DNA from: an uncultured Planctomycetota bacterium
Lineage (GTDB): Bacteria > Planctomycetota > Planctomycetia > Isosphaerales > Isosphaeraceae
Direction of reading: 5' to 3'
Assembly (NCBI GenBank): GCA_963823665.1
Contig: CAWGMQ010000005.1
Coordinates: 992,001 to 1,056,000, forward strand
Length of the DNA stretch: 64,000 bases
The notes below the pieces were generated by a model, which did no database searches, was not told the DNA's origin, and was given only the letters and a program-made list of their open reading frames with translations. A program made the position numbers and the translations under genes. Positions 52,501-62,232 of this stretch are shown piece by piece (position 1 is the stretch's first letter; each line of letters starts with the position of its first letter).

Positions 52501-55500
52501 AGTTTGGTGACATCGCCGAGCGGGTCGGTGGTCGACAGCAGGTTGCCCTTGGCGTCGTAGGCGTTGGTCGTGGTGTTGCCCAGCGGATCGCTGGTGGTGA
52601 GGACATCGCCGTAGGCGCCATAGGTGCTTCGAGTGACGTTGCCCATCGGATCGGTGGTGGTCAAGGCGTTGCCCGAGGCGTCGTAGGTGTAGGTCGTCGT
52701 GCGGCCGAGCGGGTCGGTCTGGGAGAGCAGGTTGTTGTTGGCGTCATAGGTGCTCGTGGTCACGCCGCCGAGGGCATCGATCTCGGTGAGGATGTTGCCC
52801 TGCGCGTCATACTCGTACGTCGTCGGATTGCCCAGGGCGTCCGTGACCGTCTCGCTCGAGTCAGTCGGATCGTAAGCCATGTCGACGGTCTTGCCGGCGG
52901 CGTCGACGAGGCCGATCAGACGGCCTTGATCGTCGTAGAGAGTCTTGACTCCGGTGCGGCCCAGCGGGTCGATCACATCCTGAAGATAATGGGCGAAGTC
53001 CGTGCTGTAGTCGAACGTCGTCACGTTTCCAGCGAGATCCGTCACCGCAACGAGGTCGCCGGCGGCGTCGTAGGTGTAGTGGATCGTGTTGCCCGAGGGA
53101 TCGATGACGGATGTGATCCGGCCCTCGGGATCGCGCTCGAATGTGACCTTCTCGCCGGAGGTGCTGGTGATGCCGCTGGGAGAAAACGTCAGCGCGTCGC
53201 CGTTGCGATCGGCGACGGTATCCAGCATGCCCGTCTGCCCGTTAATCGTGTAGACGATGCCGTCTTTGGTGGTCAACGTGTAGGTCCCGCCGAAGGAGGG
53301 GCTGGCCGGGTTGTAGGGCAGGTCGCCGTTAAAGTCGGAATACGTGCCGTCGTCGTTCTGGCGCAGGTCGAACTGGGTGACGCTGAGGGTGTCGGTCACG
53401 CCTGGATCGGCGGTGAAGCTCGGATTCATGATGCCGAGGAAGCCCGACGCGAAGCCCGGCGAGAGTTGAGGAGTGAACGTGAACCCCTCGCGCTGGCCGC
53501 CCGGCAACGTCACGTAAACGCGCGTGCCGTTCTGGAACGCGCTAAAGATGCCCTCGGATTCCTGGCCGGTTGTGGGCACGCTCGTCTGGAGGTTGGTGTC
53601 GCCGAACTCGAGCTGCCAGCCGTAGCCGAAGTCCTCGCTCGTGCCGGCGTTCAGCGTGTCGTAGGTCCTTGTAACGGTGATCGGGATGCCCGAGACGGGG
53701 ACGGTCAGGTCGGTGAACGACAGGGTGAAGTTACCTAGCTTGAGATTGCCGGCAACGCTGATCTCTTGATCAACGGTCGACGTGTGGTTGCCCGTGTTCG
53801 TCGCGGTCAGGCGCAGGTCGTAAGTGTCGTTGGCCAGCAGGGTCGGGTCGAAGGTGCCGAGCAGGGCGTTGTTGACGGGCGTGGTGCCGCCGGCAATGTG
53901 CTTGACCTGGACGCCGTCGAGGGTGTAGACGTCGAGCGACCACGAGGCCAGGTGCTGGTCGGCGACTGTTCCGGTCACGTCGGTGAACGTCGTGACCGTC
54001 GCACCGTCGGTGGGCGAGGCGATCGCGACGTTGGGCGCACCGGTGACGCTAGGGTCGAACACCACGAGCGAGGCCGTCGCCTTGGCGGTGTTGCCGGCGA
54101 GGTCGGACGCGGTCGCCAGCACGTTGAGGCTTCCGGCCTGGGTGACCTTCAGTGTCGCCGTTCCGTTCGCATCCAGTACTCGGATCGTCCCGCCCACGGT
54201 CAGGACCTCGGACGTGACGCCGACATTGTCGGACGCCAGAACCTGGAAGGTGACCATGTCGCCCAGCTTGGCAGGGTTTTCGCTCATCTCAAGCTGGACG
54301 CGCGGCGCCTGGGTGTCGGCCGAGACCATGATGGCGTAGGTTTGGGTGACCGAGAGGCCAAGGCCGTCGTCCACCTCGACCTGGACGTGCGCCGAGCCGA
54401 CGTTGGACGGGGCCGTGGCCCAGGTGATTCGCCCCAGCGAGTCGACGGCCATGCCGCTCGGCCCGGCCACGATCTGGTAACTGAGCGGGGTGTTGTCCGG
54501 GTCGCTCGCCTGCACGTCGTAGTGATAGGTCAGCCCCGCGGTCACGGCGGTGACCGGGCTCGAGGTGATCAACGGCGGCGCGGGAACCGGCTCAACATCA
54601 ATGACGAACCGCTGCGAGGCGGTCGCGCCCGAGGGATCAGCGGCCGCGACCGTAACCGTCTGATCGCCAAGTTGCGCGGTGGTCGGTGTCCACGAGACCA
54701 GGCCGCTGGCGGCGACAATTGCCATTCCAGCGGGTGGAGCGAGCAGGGAATACGTCAGGGTCGCACCGGAGGGATCGGTGGCCGTGACGGCATAGCTGTA
54801 GCCCGTGCCCACGATCGCGCGGTCGGACGGGGTCGACGTGATCACCGGCGGCAGGCTGGACGTGGACGTGGAGGCGACGACGGTGAAGCTCTGGGACGTC
54901 GAACCACCCAGGCTGTCGGCCACCAGGACCGAGACGTTCTGCGGGCCGGCCTGGCCCGAAGTCGGGGTCCAGAGGATCAGGCCCGTTACCGGGTCGATGG
55001 TCATGCCGGAGGGCTTCGTGGGCAGGGTGAATGTGAGCGGATTGTTCAGGGTGTCGACGGTTTGCACCGCGTAGGCGTAGGACGAACCGACTGTCGCATC
55101 GGTGGGCGGCGTCGAGATGATCTGTGGTGGAATGTCCGCGGCGAAGATGGCGACGGAGAAGCTCTGGCTGTCGCTCCCTCCTTCCGCGTCGACCACGCGG
55201 ACGGTGACCGCCTGGGGACCGACCTGGGAGGCGACGGGAGTCCAGCGGATCGTCCCTAGCGCCTGGTCGATCGACATTCCGGCAGGTGCGGTATCCAGGA
55301 ACCAATAGAGCGGATCGCTCTGGGGATCAACGGCGGTCGCGTTGTAGCTAAACGGGCGGCCCACGACGTCGAAGAGCGGGGGCGAAGAGGTGATCGACGG
55401 CGGCTGGCTGGTGACGCTGGCCGAGACGGTGATCGCCACGTCCTGGGTTGCGACGCCGCCCCGGCCATCGTTCACCGAAATCGCGACGGCGTTTTGCCCG

Positions 55501-58500
55501 AGCTGGGCCTGCGTGGGGTTCCAGGTAACCAGGCCGCTGGCGCTTATGGTCATGCCCGCGGGCGCGGTGGTGAGCGAATAGGTGATGGGGTCGCCGTCGG
55601 GATCGGTGGCCTGGACGGCGTAGAGATAGGTGCGCCCCAGGCCGATCGTATCGCGGGGCGTGGAGCTGATGACGGGTGGTCGATTGGCGGAGGCGGCCAC
55701 GACGGGCAGGTTGAACGACTGGTCAGCGCCGCCGCCCTGACCGTCGGTGACCACGACATCAACCGGCGCGGTCCCGACCTGCGCCACCGTTGGGGTCCAG
55801 GTCACGAGGCCACTCGACGGGTCGATCGTCATGCCGACCGGGTTCGTGGCGAGTGAGTAGGTGAGCGGGTCGTCGTCGGCATCCTGGGCGAGCACCTGGT
55901 ACTGGTATGGGTACCCCGCCGTGGCGGGACCGAGCGGCGTGGAGGTGATCACGGGAGGGCGGTCTGCCGCGGCGACCGTCAGCGTGAAGGACTGGAGCGC
56001 CACGCCCCCGTTGCTGTCCCGGACGCGGAGAATGGCATCGGCCTGGCCTGTCTGCGAGTCGTCCGGGGTCCAGACGACCTCGCCGGTTGTGGGGTCGACG
56101 GCCATCCCCGCCGGCGCGACGGGCAGGTCGAAGGTAAGTGGGCTGCCCGTGGGGTCGACGGCTGTGGCGTTATACTCATATGTCGATTCGGCGACGGCCT
56201 GTGTGGAGGGCGTGCTCGTGAACCAGGGAGATGGGGGGCCCTGCGGCGTCGAAGTTGGCGTGACCGAGAAGTCGTTGTCCGTGGAGGACTGGCCGGCAGC
56301 GAGGGTGTCGGTAAAATACGGGGTTGTCGTCGTGCCTGGCAAGAGCGCCAGGTCGGCGTTGCCGCCAAATCCGCTCGGGAAGGCGATCGACCCGATCCAG
56401 GTGGCCGCGGCCGTTGTCTTGTTGACACGGTACAGGTCGGAGACACCGGAGCCGTCGATTCCCGAGGCAGCGTACAGGACGCCCTGTGAGTCGATCGCGA
56501 GATTTGCTCCGCTCGGGAACGTCGGGTACGACCCGCCATTGCCGGCGAGATGACCGATCACGGTCGTCGTAAGGTCAGTCAGATCGATCTTGAGTAGTGT
56601 TCCATCAAGGGAAGCGCCGTAGAGTGTGCCGTCGGTGTCGAACGCCAGGTCGGCCCCCAAGTGGCCGGTGTTGAGAACTAAGGTGGCTGCAGCGGTCTCG
56701 GGGTTCACACGCCACAAGTCCCCATTGACAAAGCCCCAGGAGTAAAGAAAGCCGTCCGGGCCAAAAGTCAGCGAGTTTTGGTCCGACGCACCGAAGAATC
56801 CGATGAACTGGGTCGAGCCCGTCGCCAGATCAATCGAGTAGAGCGATGTGGTGGAACCGATGGTGGTTCCGTAGCCCAGGCCGTTTTTGGGGTCGATGGC
56901 GATGCTCTCGATGGATCCGACGGTCCCGACTTCCTCCGCAACCGGGGATGTCTGAAAGTTGTTTATAGCGTAGAGCACGGTCGAGCCCGTCTGCTGGACG
57001 AGGGACACCCCGTAAAGAGCGTCCGGTGTCACCGCTGCCACCGGAGAAGCCTGCTGCCATCCCTGGGGCGGAACTTCGGCCACGGTATAGTTGCCCGGCG
57101 CCAGTCCGGTGAAGGCATAGTCTCCCTGGGGGTTGGTCGTTGCGGTCGGGTCGCCCGGGTCGAGCTTACCGTCGTGATTCTGGTCGAGGAACACGGTCCA
57201 GCCGGCCAGCGGCTCGTTGTCGGTCGAGCGCGTGACCGTGCCGGTGATCGAGCCGGGAAGCGGCTGGTCGGTGAAATTGTTTCCGGTGGAGGTCTGGCCG
57301 GCGGCGAGGGTGACGGTGTAGAAGGAGGTTGTTGTGCTTCCCGGCAAGAGCGCCAGGTCGCCAGTGCCGCCGAATCCGTTCGGGAAGGCGATCGAGCCGA
57401 TCCAGGTCGCCGCGGCGGTCGTCTTGTCAACCCGGTACAGATCCGCGAGTGGGGAGCCCTCAATGCTCGCGACGGCGTACATCACGCCCTGGGAGTCGAT
57501 GATGAGGCCCGGAGCGTAATACCCTTGGGCGAGCAGCCCTTGGTCACTGGTAAGCGTGCCAACCACCGTGCTCGTGAGGTTAGTCAGATCGAACCTCAGT
57601 AGCGACCCGTCGTACGAGATCCCATAGAGTGTCCCATCCGTGTCGAAGGCAAGGTCGGCCCCCCAGTGACCGGTGTCGAGAACGAAGGTGGCCGCACCGG
57701 TCACGGGGTTCACACGATACAAGTTGTCAAAAATGCCGTAGCCCCAGGAGTAAAGATAGCCGTCGGGGCCAAACGCGAGTGAGTTCTGGTCGGCGATGCC
57801 CGGCGTACCGATGAGCGTCGTCGCACCTGTCGCCGGGTCAATCGAGTAGACCGAGGTGGTTGGGGAATCGATGGTGGTCCCATAAAGCCCGCCGGTCGCG
57901 GGGTCGCCGGCGAGACTCCAGATCGATCCGACCGGGCCGATTTCCTCGGCGACGGGCGCCGTCTGGAAGTTGTCGATGGTGTAGAGCACGTGCGACGAGC
58001 CTTGTTGAAACTGCGACACCCCGTAGAGTGTATCCGGAGTCCGCCCCGCCACCGGAGAAGCCTGCTGCCAACCCTGGGGCGGGACCTCGGCCACGGGGTA
58101 GGTGCCCGGGGCCAGGCCCGTGAACGTGTAATCTCCCTGGGCGTTGGTGACGGTCGAGACTTCGCCAGGGTCGAGAATTCCGTTCTGGTTCGTGTCGAGG
58201 AAGACGGTCACGCCGGCCAGGCCGGTCGATGTGCCCGCCAGCGTGATCACTCCCTGGATCTCGCCGGGGGTGCCTTGCGCGGCGTTGATCGTGTAGCTCT
58301 GGGTGTCGAAACCGCCGCGGCCGTCGTCAACGCGGACGGTGATCGGGATCGCCAGGTGGCCAATCTCCAGGGTGGGAGGGTTCAAACCCTCCTTGCTCGA
58401 AAACCGGACCTGCTGATCGGTTGACTGGTACTGCGGCACGCTCTCATATGCCAGCGCAAGCGTGAGGTAACCGCTCGCGATGTCGGGCTGCAGGTCGTAG

Positions 58501-61500
58501 CCGCTGAAGTCGAAGACGACGTCCTGGCCTGCTTGCGTTGGGGTCGCCTGGGCCAGCAGGTCCTGGCTCTTGTTCAGATCCGCGAGGAACGCGTCGCCGA
58601 AATTGGCACCGGTGATTCCGGTCATGGGGTCGGGGCTCGGGTTGATCGTTCCGAACGGGCTGAAGACGCCGGTTCCCTGCGCCCAGTTGTTGTCGGCCAC
58701 GTGATAGAGGCCGATCGTGCTGGAGCCGCTCACGATCGTGGTGTGAATAACAAGCTGAAGTGACGTGACCGGCCAGGTCACACCGGAGAGATTGAAGCGG
58801 AGGAACGAAAAGTCGATCGCCGAATTGAGCGGGTCGTTTCCACCCGGCTCGTCGCCGGCGAACACCTCGAGAAAAGGCGAATCGCCGCCGTTTTCTTCGA
58901 GGCGACTGGCCGGCTCGGTCAGAACGATCGAATCGTCGGTTGGCTCCAGGTTCACTACGCTCTGTTCGCTCGCGGTCACCGTCCCCTGTACCAGGCCCGA
59001 GGATGGGTCGATGCTGAAGTTCGAGGGAGCGGTCACAAGAGAATAGGTCAGTGGGTCGTTGTCGGGGTCGAGTGCCTTGACTGCGTAATCGTACGGAGTC
59101 GATTGCGGCTGGAGGAGGAGCTGAGTCACCGGCGTGCTGATGATCGTCGGGGGATGATCTCCCAGCGCCGCTGTTGCGATTACCGCAAAAGATTGGGTTG
59201 CCGTACCTCCCTTCCCGTCCGTCACCGAGAGTTCGACGCCGGAAGAGCCGGTCTGGCTCGAGGATGGCGTCCAGGTCACCAGGCCTGTCGTGGGATCGAC
59301 GGCCATTCCCGAAGGGCCTGAAATCACCGCGAAGGTGAGCGGGTCGTCGTCGGGATCGGAAGCCGTGGCCTGATAGATGTACGGTGCGCTCACACTTGCC
59401 GAAACAATCGGCGTGGACGTGAAGACCGGGGGCCGGTCCGGCGGCGGGTTGATCACCGAGAGGGTGAAATCTTGCTCCGCTGAGCCTCCGTGCCCATCGT
59501 CGACGAGGAGGGCGATGGCGGCGTTGCCCACGTCGGCGCTAGCGGGCGACCATGTGACCGTTCCGCTGGCCGCGCCCACAGTCATGCCGGAGGGGCCGGA
59601 AAGCAGCGAGAACGTCAGGGGATCGTTGTCCGGGTCGGCGGCCGTTGCGTCGTAGACGTAAGCGCTGCCGGCGACCGCCTGCACCTTCGGGGTCGATGTG
59701 AACTGGGGCGGGCGGTTGAGCTCCGCGAGGAAGACCAGGTCGTAGGTGAACGGGATGCCGTTCGGGTCGTCGAACGCGACGGTCCGGGAATCGGTCGTTT
59801 CCCCCGCTCCGAGTTTTCCGCCCGGCACCAGGGCACTCAGGTCGAAGTAGGGCAAGCCGTCCGGCGTGGTTCCGTCGGCGCCAGCGACGCGCACCGAGGG
59901 ATCGCTGATATGGTCGATCGCCACGATCAGGGGGGCGTCCATAAAGTACTGGCCGGCATTCCGGGCCGCAACATCGGCATACAGCACGCTGTCTTGCTGG
60001 TCGAACGATGACCGTCCGTAGACGGGCTGGACACTGGCCGAGACGTCGCTCAGGGCGGCGAAGTCGATGGGCGCGCCAGGCTGCGCCGGGGACGCGGCGG
60101 GTTGGCCGCCCGGGTCGACCGGCTGACCCAAGAGTGGCGCCACTTGCACATCGCCGACATCAACCGATGTATTCACGTCGCCGTCGTTGTTCACCAGCCG
60201 GAAGACGAGCGAGGCGACCGTTCCTGGTGTGACGTTCGAGACATCGAGCGTAACCTTCTGCCCGTTCTGCGTGGCCCAGGCGCCAAGCTCCGCAGGCTGG
60301 CCTTCCGAGACGTTCAGGAAGGCGTCGCGGCTGGCGGCGAAGGTCGGTACGAGGGAGTTTCCCGAGGCGTCTACCAGGGCCACCTCGAAGGCGTCCTTTA
60401 CCCGACCCTGGCTGGTCGTGTCGAAATCCAGGTCACTGTAGTCGAAGCTCAGGGTCGACGCCTGCGGCGGGATGGTGATCGGCTGCGACAGGGTGACGTC
60501 GAACGAGTCTCCCTCGCGCAGCGTGGCGTCACAACCGCTGATCGTCACGCTCCCCATGCCGGTATTTGATCCGCCGCTTTGAGCGACAACGGCGTTGCCG
60601 AACCCCATGCAGGTGTCGAGGGTGAACGCGAAATCAGAGGGCGCCGAGACGTTGCCCGCGCGATCGGTGGCAAGGAAGTGGACGGTGTGCGGGCCGTCGT
60701 CCGTGCCGTCCAGCGCCAGGCTGCTCGTCAGGCTGAAGTTGCCGGCAGCGTCGAGTGACAGAGGAGCGAAAGCGCCGCCGTCGAGCGCCCATTCCGCACT
60801 AGCCACGCCCGAGAGCGCATCGGCCACGTGGCCCGTGATCGTGATGTTCTGGGTCGTGGTCAGTCCGGGCGGCGGGCTGGTCACGGTCACCGCCGGCGGG
60901 GTGGAATCCAGGGTGAAGGCGAAGTTGGTGACGGGCGAGACATTGCCCACGAAGTCGGTCGAGACCAGGTGGACGGTGTGGCTGCCGTCGGCGGAATGGT
61001 CGAGGGGCAGACTGGTCGTAAGGCTGAAATTGCCGGCGGTGTCGAACGATACCGGGGTGTAGGCACCGCCGTCGACCGCCTCCTGGAGCGATGCCACCCC
61101 GGTGAGATTGTCCAAAACGCGGCCGACGAGGGTGGGGTTGCTGTTCGTGATTAGCCCCTGGGCAGGGGACGTGATCGTCACGGACGGTGCCTGCGTGTCC
61201 AGAACGATTCCGATCGCGGCCGTCTGCTGCTGGCCGAACGAGTCGGTGGCCCTCACCTGGAGGTTGTTGGCGCCGGGCGTGAGCGCGACGCTGAACGAAA
61301 ACAACCCCGAGGAATTCGCGGTGGTCGAGCCCTCGTCGAACTGTCCATCGCTGCCGGTTCCGAGCGCCACGGCGGCGCCGGGGTTGGTCGTGCCGTTCAA
61401 GGTGATTGCGGCGGTCGCGGTGGCCAGGCTACCGGAGGGCAACGTCACCAGGCCCGGCGGCGTCTGCAAGGAGAGCGCCAGAGGAGTGACGCTCGTCGCA

Positions 61501-62102
61501 TCGTTCAGGTTGTAACGCCACTGGGTGTAGTCGAACGAGGAAATCATGCCATCGAGGTTGCTATCTGCCGCCACTATGTAGCGGCCGTCCCCGGCGACCG
61601 ACCCGATCAGCGAGCGGATCAAGGATCCATCCGCCAGGTTGATCTGGTGGTTGCCATCGGCGTCGCCCGCGAGGAATACATTGAGCTGGAAGGCCCCCGA
61701 AGTGCCCCGGTCTCCGCCCACGGCAAGGTTGTAGCTGCCGTAAGTCAGCGAGGCCAGGATCAAGCTCTGCGTGGTGCCGCCCAGGTTGGCGTTCACGTAG
61801 GTCGGCGTGACAGTCGCGCCCGAGGAGGTAGTGATCGTGACGGCGGCTGGATCGAGGGAACTCCCGGTCGGTGCCTGAACCTCGAAGCCGATCACGGCCT
61901 GGCTGCCAGGGAGGGTGAAGTTGGATTTAGAGATGGTTATGGGTATGCGCTGCACGCTGCCTGCGGCCGGGACCGCGCCTTCGAACTGCGCGAAGATGTT
62001 GGACGCATCCAGCAGCGTGCGGTCCTCGAGACGCTCGAAGGAAATGCGGGCCCTGCGGGCGGGATGGCGCAGGGGTCTGGCAGGGCGCTTGGGGTCTCGC
62101 AT
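49503..62102 (-). CDS. giant 4199-aa Rhs/YD-repeat surface protein: LEPRxLL-type N-terminus, dockerin-like domain, Ig/cadherin-like repeats, SdrD-B and propeller modules, Rhs core, ~185-aa C-terminal domain
   Basis: FERLEDRTLL; GDADGNHQINLAD...ADSNLDGMISSFD; repeated PP.ITSTP...Y.Y...A.DPD.DPLTYSL; VFLD.N.NG.LDPGE; RARYLDPATGRFLSVDP...PVNLVDPSG. Confidence 0.95.
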   Translation of the reverse strand: MRDPKRPARPLRHPARRARISFERLEDRTLLDASNIFAQFEGAVPAAGSVQRIPITISKSNFTLPGSQAVIGFEVQAPTGSSLDPAAVTITTSSGATVTPTYVNANLGGTTQSLILASLTYGSYNLAVGGDRGTSGAFQLNVFLAGDADGNHQINLADGSLIRSLIGSVAGDGRYIVAADSNLDGMISSFDYTQWRYNLNDATSVTPLALSLQTPPGLVTLPSGSLATATAAITLNGTTNPGAAVALGTGSDGQFDEGSTTANSSGLFSFSVALTPGANNLQVRATDSFGQQQTAAIGIVLDTQAPSVTITSPAQGLITNSNPTLVGRVLDNLTGVASLQEAVDGGAYTPVSFDTAGNFSLTTSLPLDHSADGSHTVHLVSTDFVGNVSPVTNFAFTLDSTPPAVTVTSPPPGLTTTQNITITGHVADALSGVASAEWALDGGAFAPLSLDAAGNFSLTSSLALDGTDDGPHTVHFLATDRAGNVSAPSDFAFTLDTCMGFGNAVVAQSGGSNTGMGSVTISGCDATLREGDSFDVTLSQPITIPPQASTLSFDYSDLDFDTTSQGRVKDAFEVALVDASGNSLVPTFAASRDAFLNVSEGQPAELGAWATQNGQKVTLDVSNVTPGTVASLVFRLVNNDGDVNTSVDVGDVQVAPLLGQPVDPGGQPAASPAQPGAPIDFAALSDVSASVQPVYGRSSFDQQDSVLYADVAARNAGQYFMDAPLIVAIDHISDPSVRVAGADGTTPDGLPYFDLSALVPGGKLGAGETTDSRTVAFDDPNGIPFTYDLVFLAELNRPPQFTSTPKVQAVAGSAYVYDATAADPDNDPLTFSLLSGPSGMTVGAASGTVTWSPASADVGNAAIALLVDDGHGGSAEQDFTLSVINPPPDRPPVFTSTPIVSASVSAPYIYQATASDPDDDPLTFAVISGPSGMAVDPTTGLVTWTPSSSQTGSSGVELSVTDGKGGTATQSFAVIATAALGDHPPTIISTPVTQLLLQPQSTPYDYAVKALDPDNDPLTYSLVTAPSNFSIDPSSGLVQGTVTASEQSVVNLEPTDDSIVLTEPASRLEENGGDSPFLEVFAGDEPGGNDPLNSAIDFSFLRFNLSGVTWPVTSLQLVIHTTIVSGSSTIGLYHVADNNWAQGTGVFSPFGTINPSPDPMTGITGANFGDAFLADLNKSQDLLAQATPTQAGQDVVFDFSGYDLQPDIASGYLTLALAYESVPQYQSTDQQVRFSSKEGLNPPTLEIGHLAIPITVRVDDGRGGFDTQSYTINAAQGTPGEIQGVITLAGTSTGLAGVTVFLDTNQNGILDPGEVSTVTNAQGDYTFTGLAPGTYPVAEVPPQGWQQASPVAGRTPDTLYGVSQFQQGSSHVLYTIDNFQTAPVAEEIGPVGSIWSLAGDPATGGLYGTTIDSPTTSVYSIDPATGATTLIGTPGIADQNSLAFGPDGYLYSWGYGIFDNLYRVNPVTGAATFVLDTGHWGADLAFDTDGTLYGISYDGSLLRFDLTNLTSTVVGTLTSDQGLLAQGYYAPGLIIDSQGVMYAVASIEGSPLADLYRVDKTTAAATWIGSIAFPNGFGGTGDLALLPGSTTTSFYTVTLAAGQTSTGNNFTDQPLPGSITGTVTRSTDNEPLAGWTVFLDQNHDGKLDPGDPTATTNPQGDYAFTGLAPGNYTVAEVPPQGWQQASPVAAVTPDALYGVSLVQQTGSTVLYAINNFQTSPVAEEVGTVGSIESIAIDPKNGLGYGTTIGSTTSLYSIDLATGSTQFIGFFGASDQNSLTFGPDGFLYSWGFVNGDLWRVNPETAAATLVLNTGHLGADLAFDTDGTLYGASLDGTLLKIDLTDLTTTVIGHLAGNGGSYPTFPSGANLAIDSQGVLYAASGIDGSGVSDLYRVNKTTAAATWIGSIAFPSGFGGNADLALLPGTTTTPYFTDTLAAGQSSTDNDFSVTPTSTPQGPPSPWFTSTPSTQAVAESTYEYNATAVDPTGSPLTFDLPVAPAGMAVDPTTGEVVWTPDDSQTGQADAILRVRDSNGGVALQSFTLTVAAADRPPVITSTPLGPATAGYPYQYQVLAQDADDDPLTYSLATNPVGMTIDPSSGLVTWTPTVAQVGTAPVDVVVTDGQGGGADQSFNLPVVAASANRPPVISSTPRDTIGLGRTYLYAVQATDPDGDPITYSLTTAPAGMTISASGLVTWNPTQAQLGQNAVAISVNDGRGGVATQDVAITVSASVTSQPPSITSSPPLFDVVGRPFSYNATAVDPQSDPLYWFLDTAPAGMSIDQALGTIRWTPVASQVGPQAVTVRVVDAEGGSDSQSFSVAIFAADIPPQIISTPPTDATVGSSYAYAVQTVDTLNNPLTFTLPTKPSGMTIDPVTGLILWTPTSGQAGPQNVSVLVADSLGGSTSQSFTVVASTSTSSLPPVITSTPSDRAIVGTGYSYAVTATDPSGATLTYSLLAPPAGMAIVAASGLVSWTPTTAQLGDQTVTVAAADPSGATASQRFVIDVEPVPAPPLITSSPVTAVTAGLTYHYDVQASDPDNTPLSYQIVAGPSGMAVDSLGRITWATAPSNVGSAHVQVEVDDGLGLSVTQTYAIMVSADTQAPRVQLEMSENPAKLGDMVTFQVLASDNVGVTSEVLTVGGTIRVLDANGTATLKVTQAGSLNVLATASDLAGNTAKATASLVVFDPSVTGAPNVAIASPTDGATVTTFTDVTGTVADQHLASWSLDVYTLDGVQVKHIAGGTTPVNNALLGTFDPTLLANDTYDLRLTATNTGNHTSTVDQEISVAGNLKLGNFTLSFTDLTVPVSGIPITVTRTYDTLNAGTSEDFGYGWQLEFGDTNLQTSVPTTGQESEGIFSAFQNGTRVYVTLPGGQREGFTFTPQLSPGFASGFLGIMNPSFTADPGVTDTLSVTQFDLRQNDDGTYSDFNGDLPYNPASPSFGGTYTLTTKDGIVYTINGQTGMLDTVADRNGDALTFSPSGITSTSGEKVTFERDPEGRITSVIDPSGNTIHYTYDAAGDLVAVTDLAGNVTTFDYSTDFAHYLQDVIDPLGRTGVKTLYDDQGRLIGLVDAAGKTVDMAYDPTDSSETVTDALGNPTTYEYDAQGNILTEIDALGGVTTSTYDANNNLLSQTDPLGRTTTYTYDASGNALTTTDPMGNVTRSTYGAYGDVLTTSDPLGNTTTNAYDAKGNLLSTTDPLGDVTKLTYDISGNPITLTDAIGDTTAFQYDSQGQVISTTDALGHTTTTTYDSSGNPITSTSLLTTPSGVQTLVTKTVYDANGNVISVTDADGHTTSSQFNADGLKISDTDALGNVTKYLYDARGELIETDYPDGTSTKTEYDAAGNVIAQIDQEGRVTTMQYDALGRLVKTINPDGTSTSTVYDADGEVTAQIDELGNKTTFAYDADGRQVSVTDALGDVTSTAYDAAGNAVATTDPLGHTTKSVYDAAGQLIETIYADGTTTSTTYDAVGRGIAETDQLGRTTHDQYDALGHLTAVVDALGQTTSYAYDEAGDLISQTDANGHTTTYEYDGLGQKIATILPMGQKSTTTYDANGNVASTTDFNGATITYQYDVIGRLTAENLPDGTTETFTYTATGQRASDTVPGWGTTTYTYDALDRLLSKTDPDGTSITYTYDAAGDRTSITIPAGTTTYTFDALGRMATVTDPQGGVTTYTYDAAGNLVKTQFPNNTSEIRQYDSLNRLVYLEDDGPSGVIASYKYTLAANGRTDSVVEANGRTDQYNYDALDRLIEEIITDPVNGNQDISYTYDPVGNRLTMVDSTQGTTDYTYDANDRLLTSTTGSQTTKYTYDNNGNTLSQITSATDQVLYEWDSQNQLIDAKVTNSTGTQEEVNRYDADGNLVQSTVDGQTTNKLVDTNLPYAQVVEEYTPGGQISSSAVFGIGTGPISQVVGGARTILLVDGLGSTRALTDSSGKVIGGYVYDAFGNTLAHSGNAVTRYLFEGEYQDQTTGLDDLRARYLDPATGRFLSVDPLHGASLVRIFSNSYAYADGDPVNLVDPSGRQASLAELAVELTIQSTISVAQTAGPELLTLAIAQTLIQYVVIPGFKWRYTGLDLIARGDDEGFQFYNKGNRLIQLGLNLISTSSDLVTIADVGLNLARLTQDLLLSATEVAGHRTISMTFSNSVAVVEIDTLKAQVAVVFRDAQKLKGTFTAVTIPLMKFGVDIGHLADILKDFIALYISNNS

Positions 62103-62232
62103 GGTGATGGCTCCTTCCTTGGAGATGCGGTCAGGGTGCGGTCATCTTCGAGACGCGAGCTGATCCGGCGCCGCTTTTCAAGGGTCGTGGTCGAGACGCG
62201 AGCGCAGCGGCGACCTGATCCGGCGCCGCCGG

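Noticed and set aside
51546..55259. Long plus-strand ORFs of 730 and 497 aa
   Set aside because: Antisense shadows of the GC-rich Rhs gene with no recognisable motifs; the same applies to 477-1664, 6824-7831, 17869-19104 and 31557-32645
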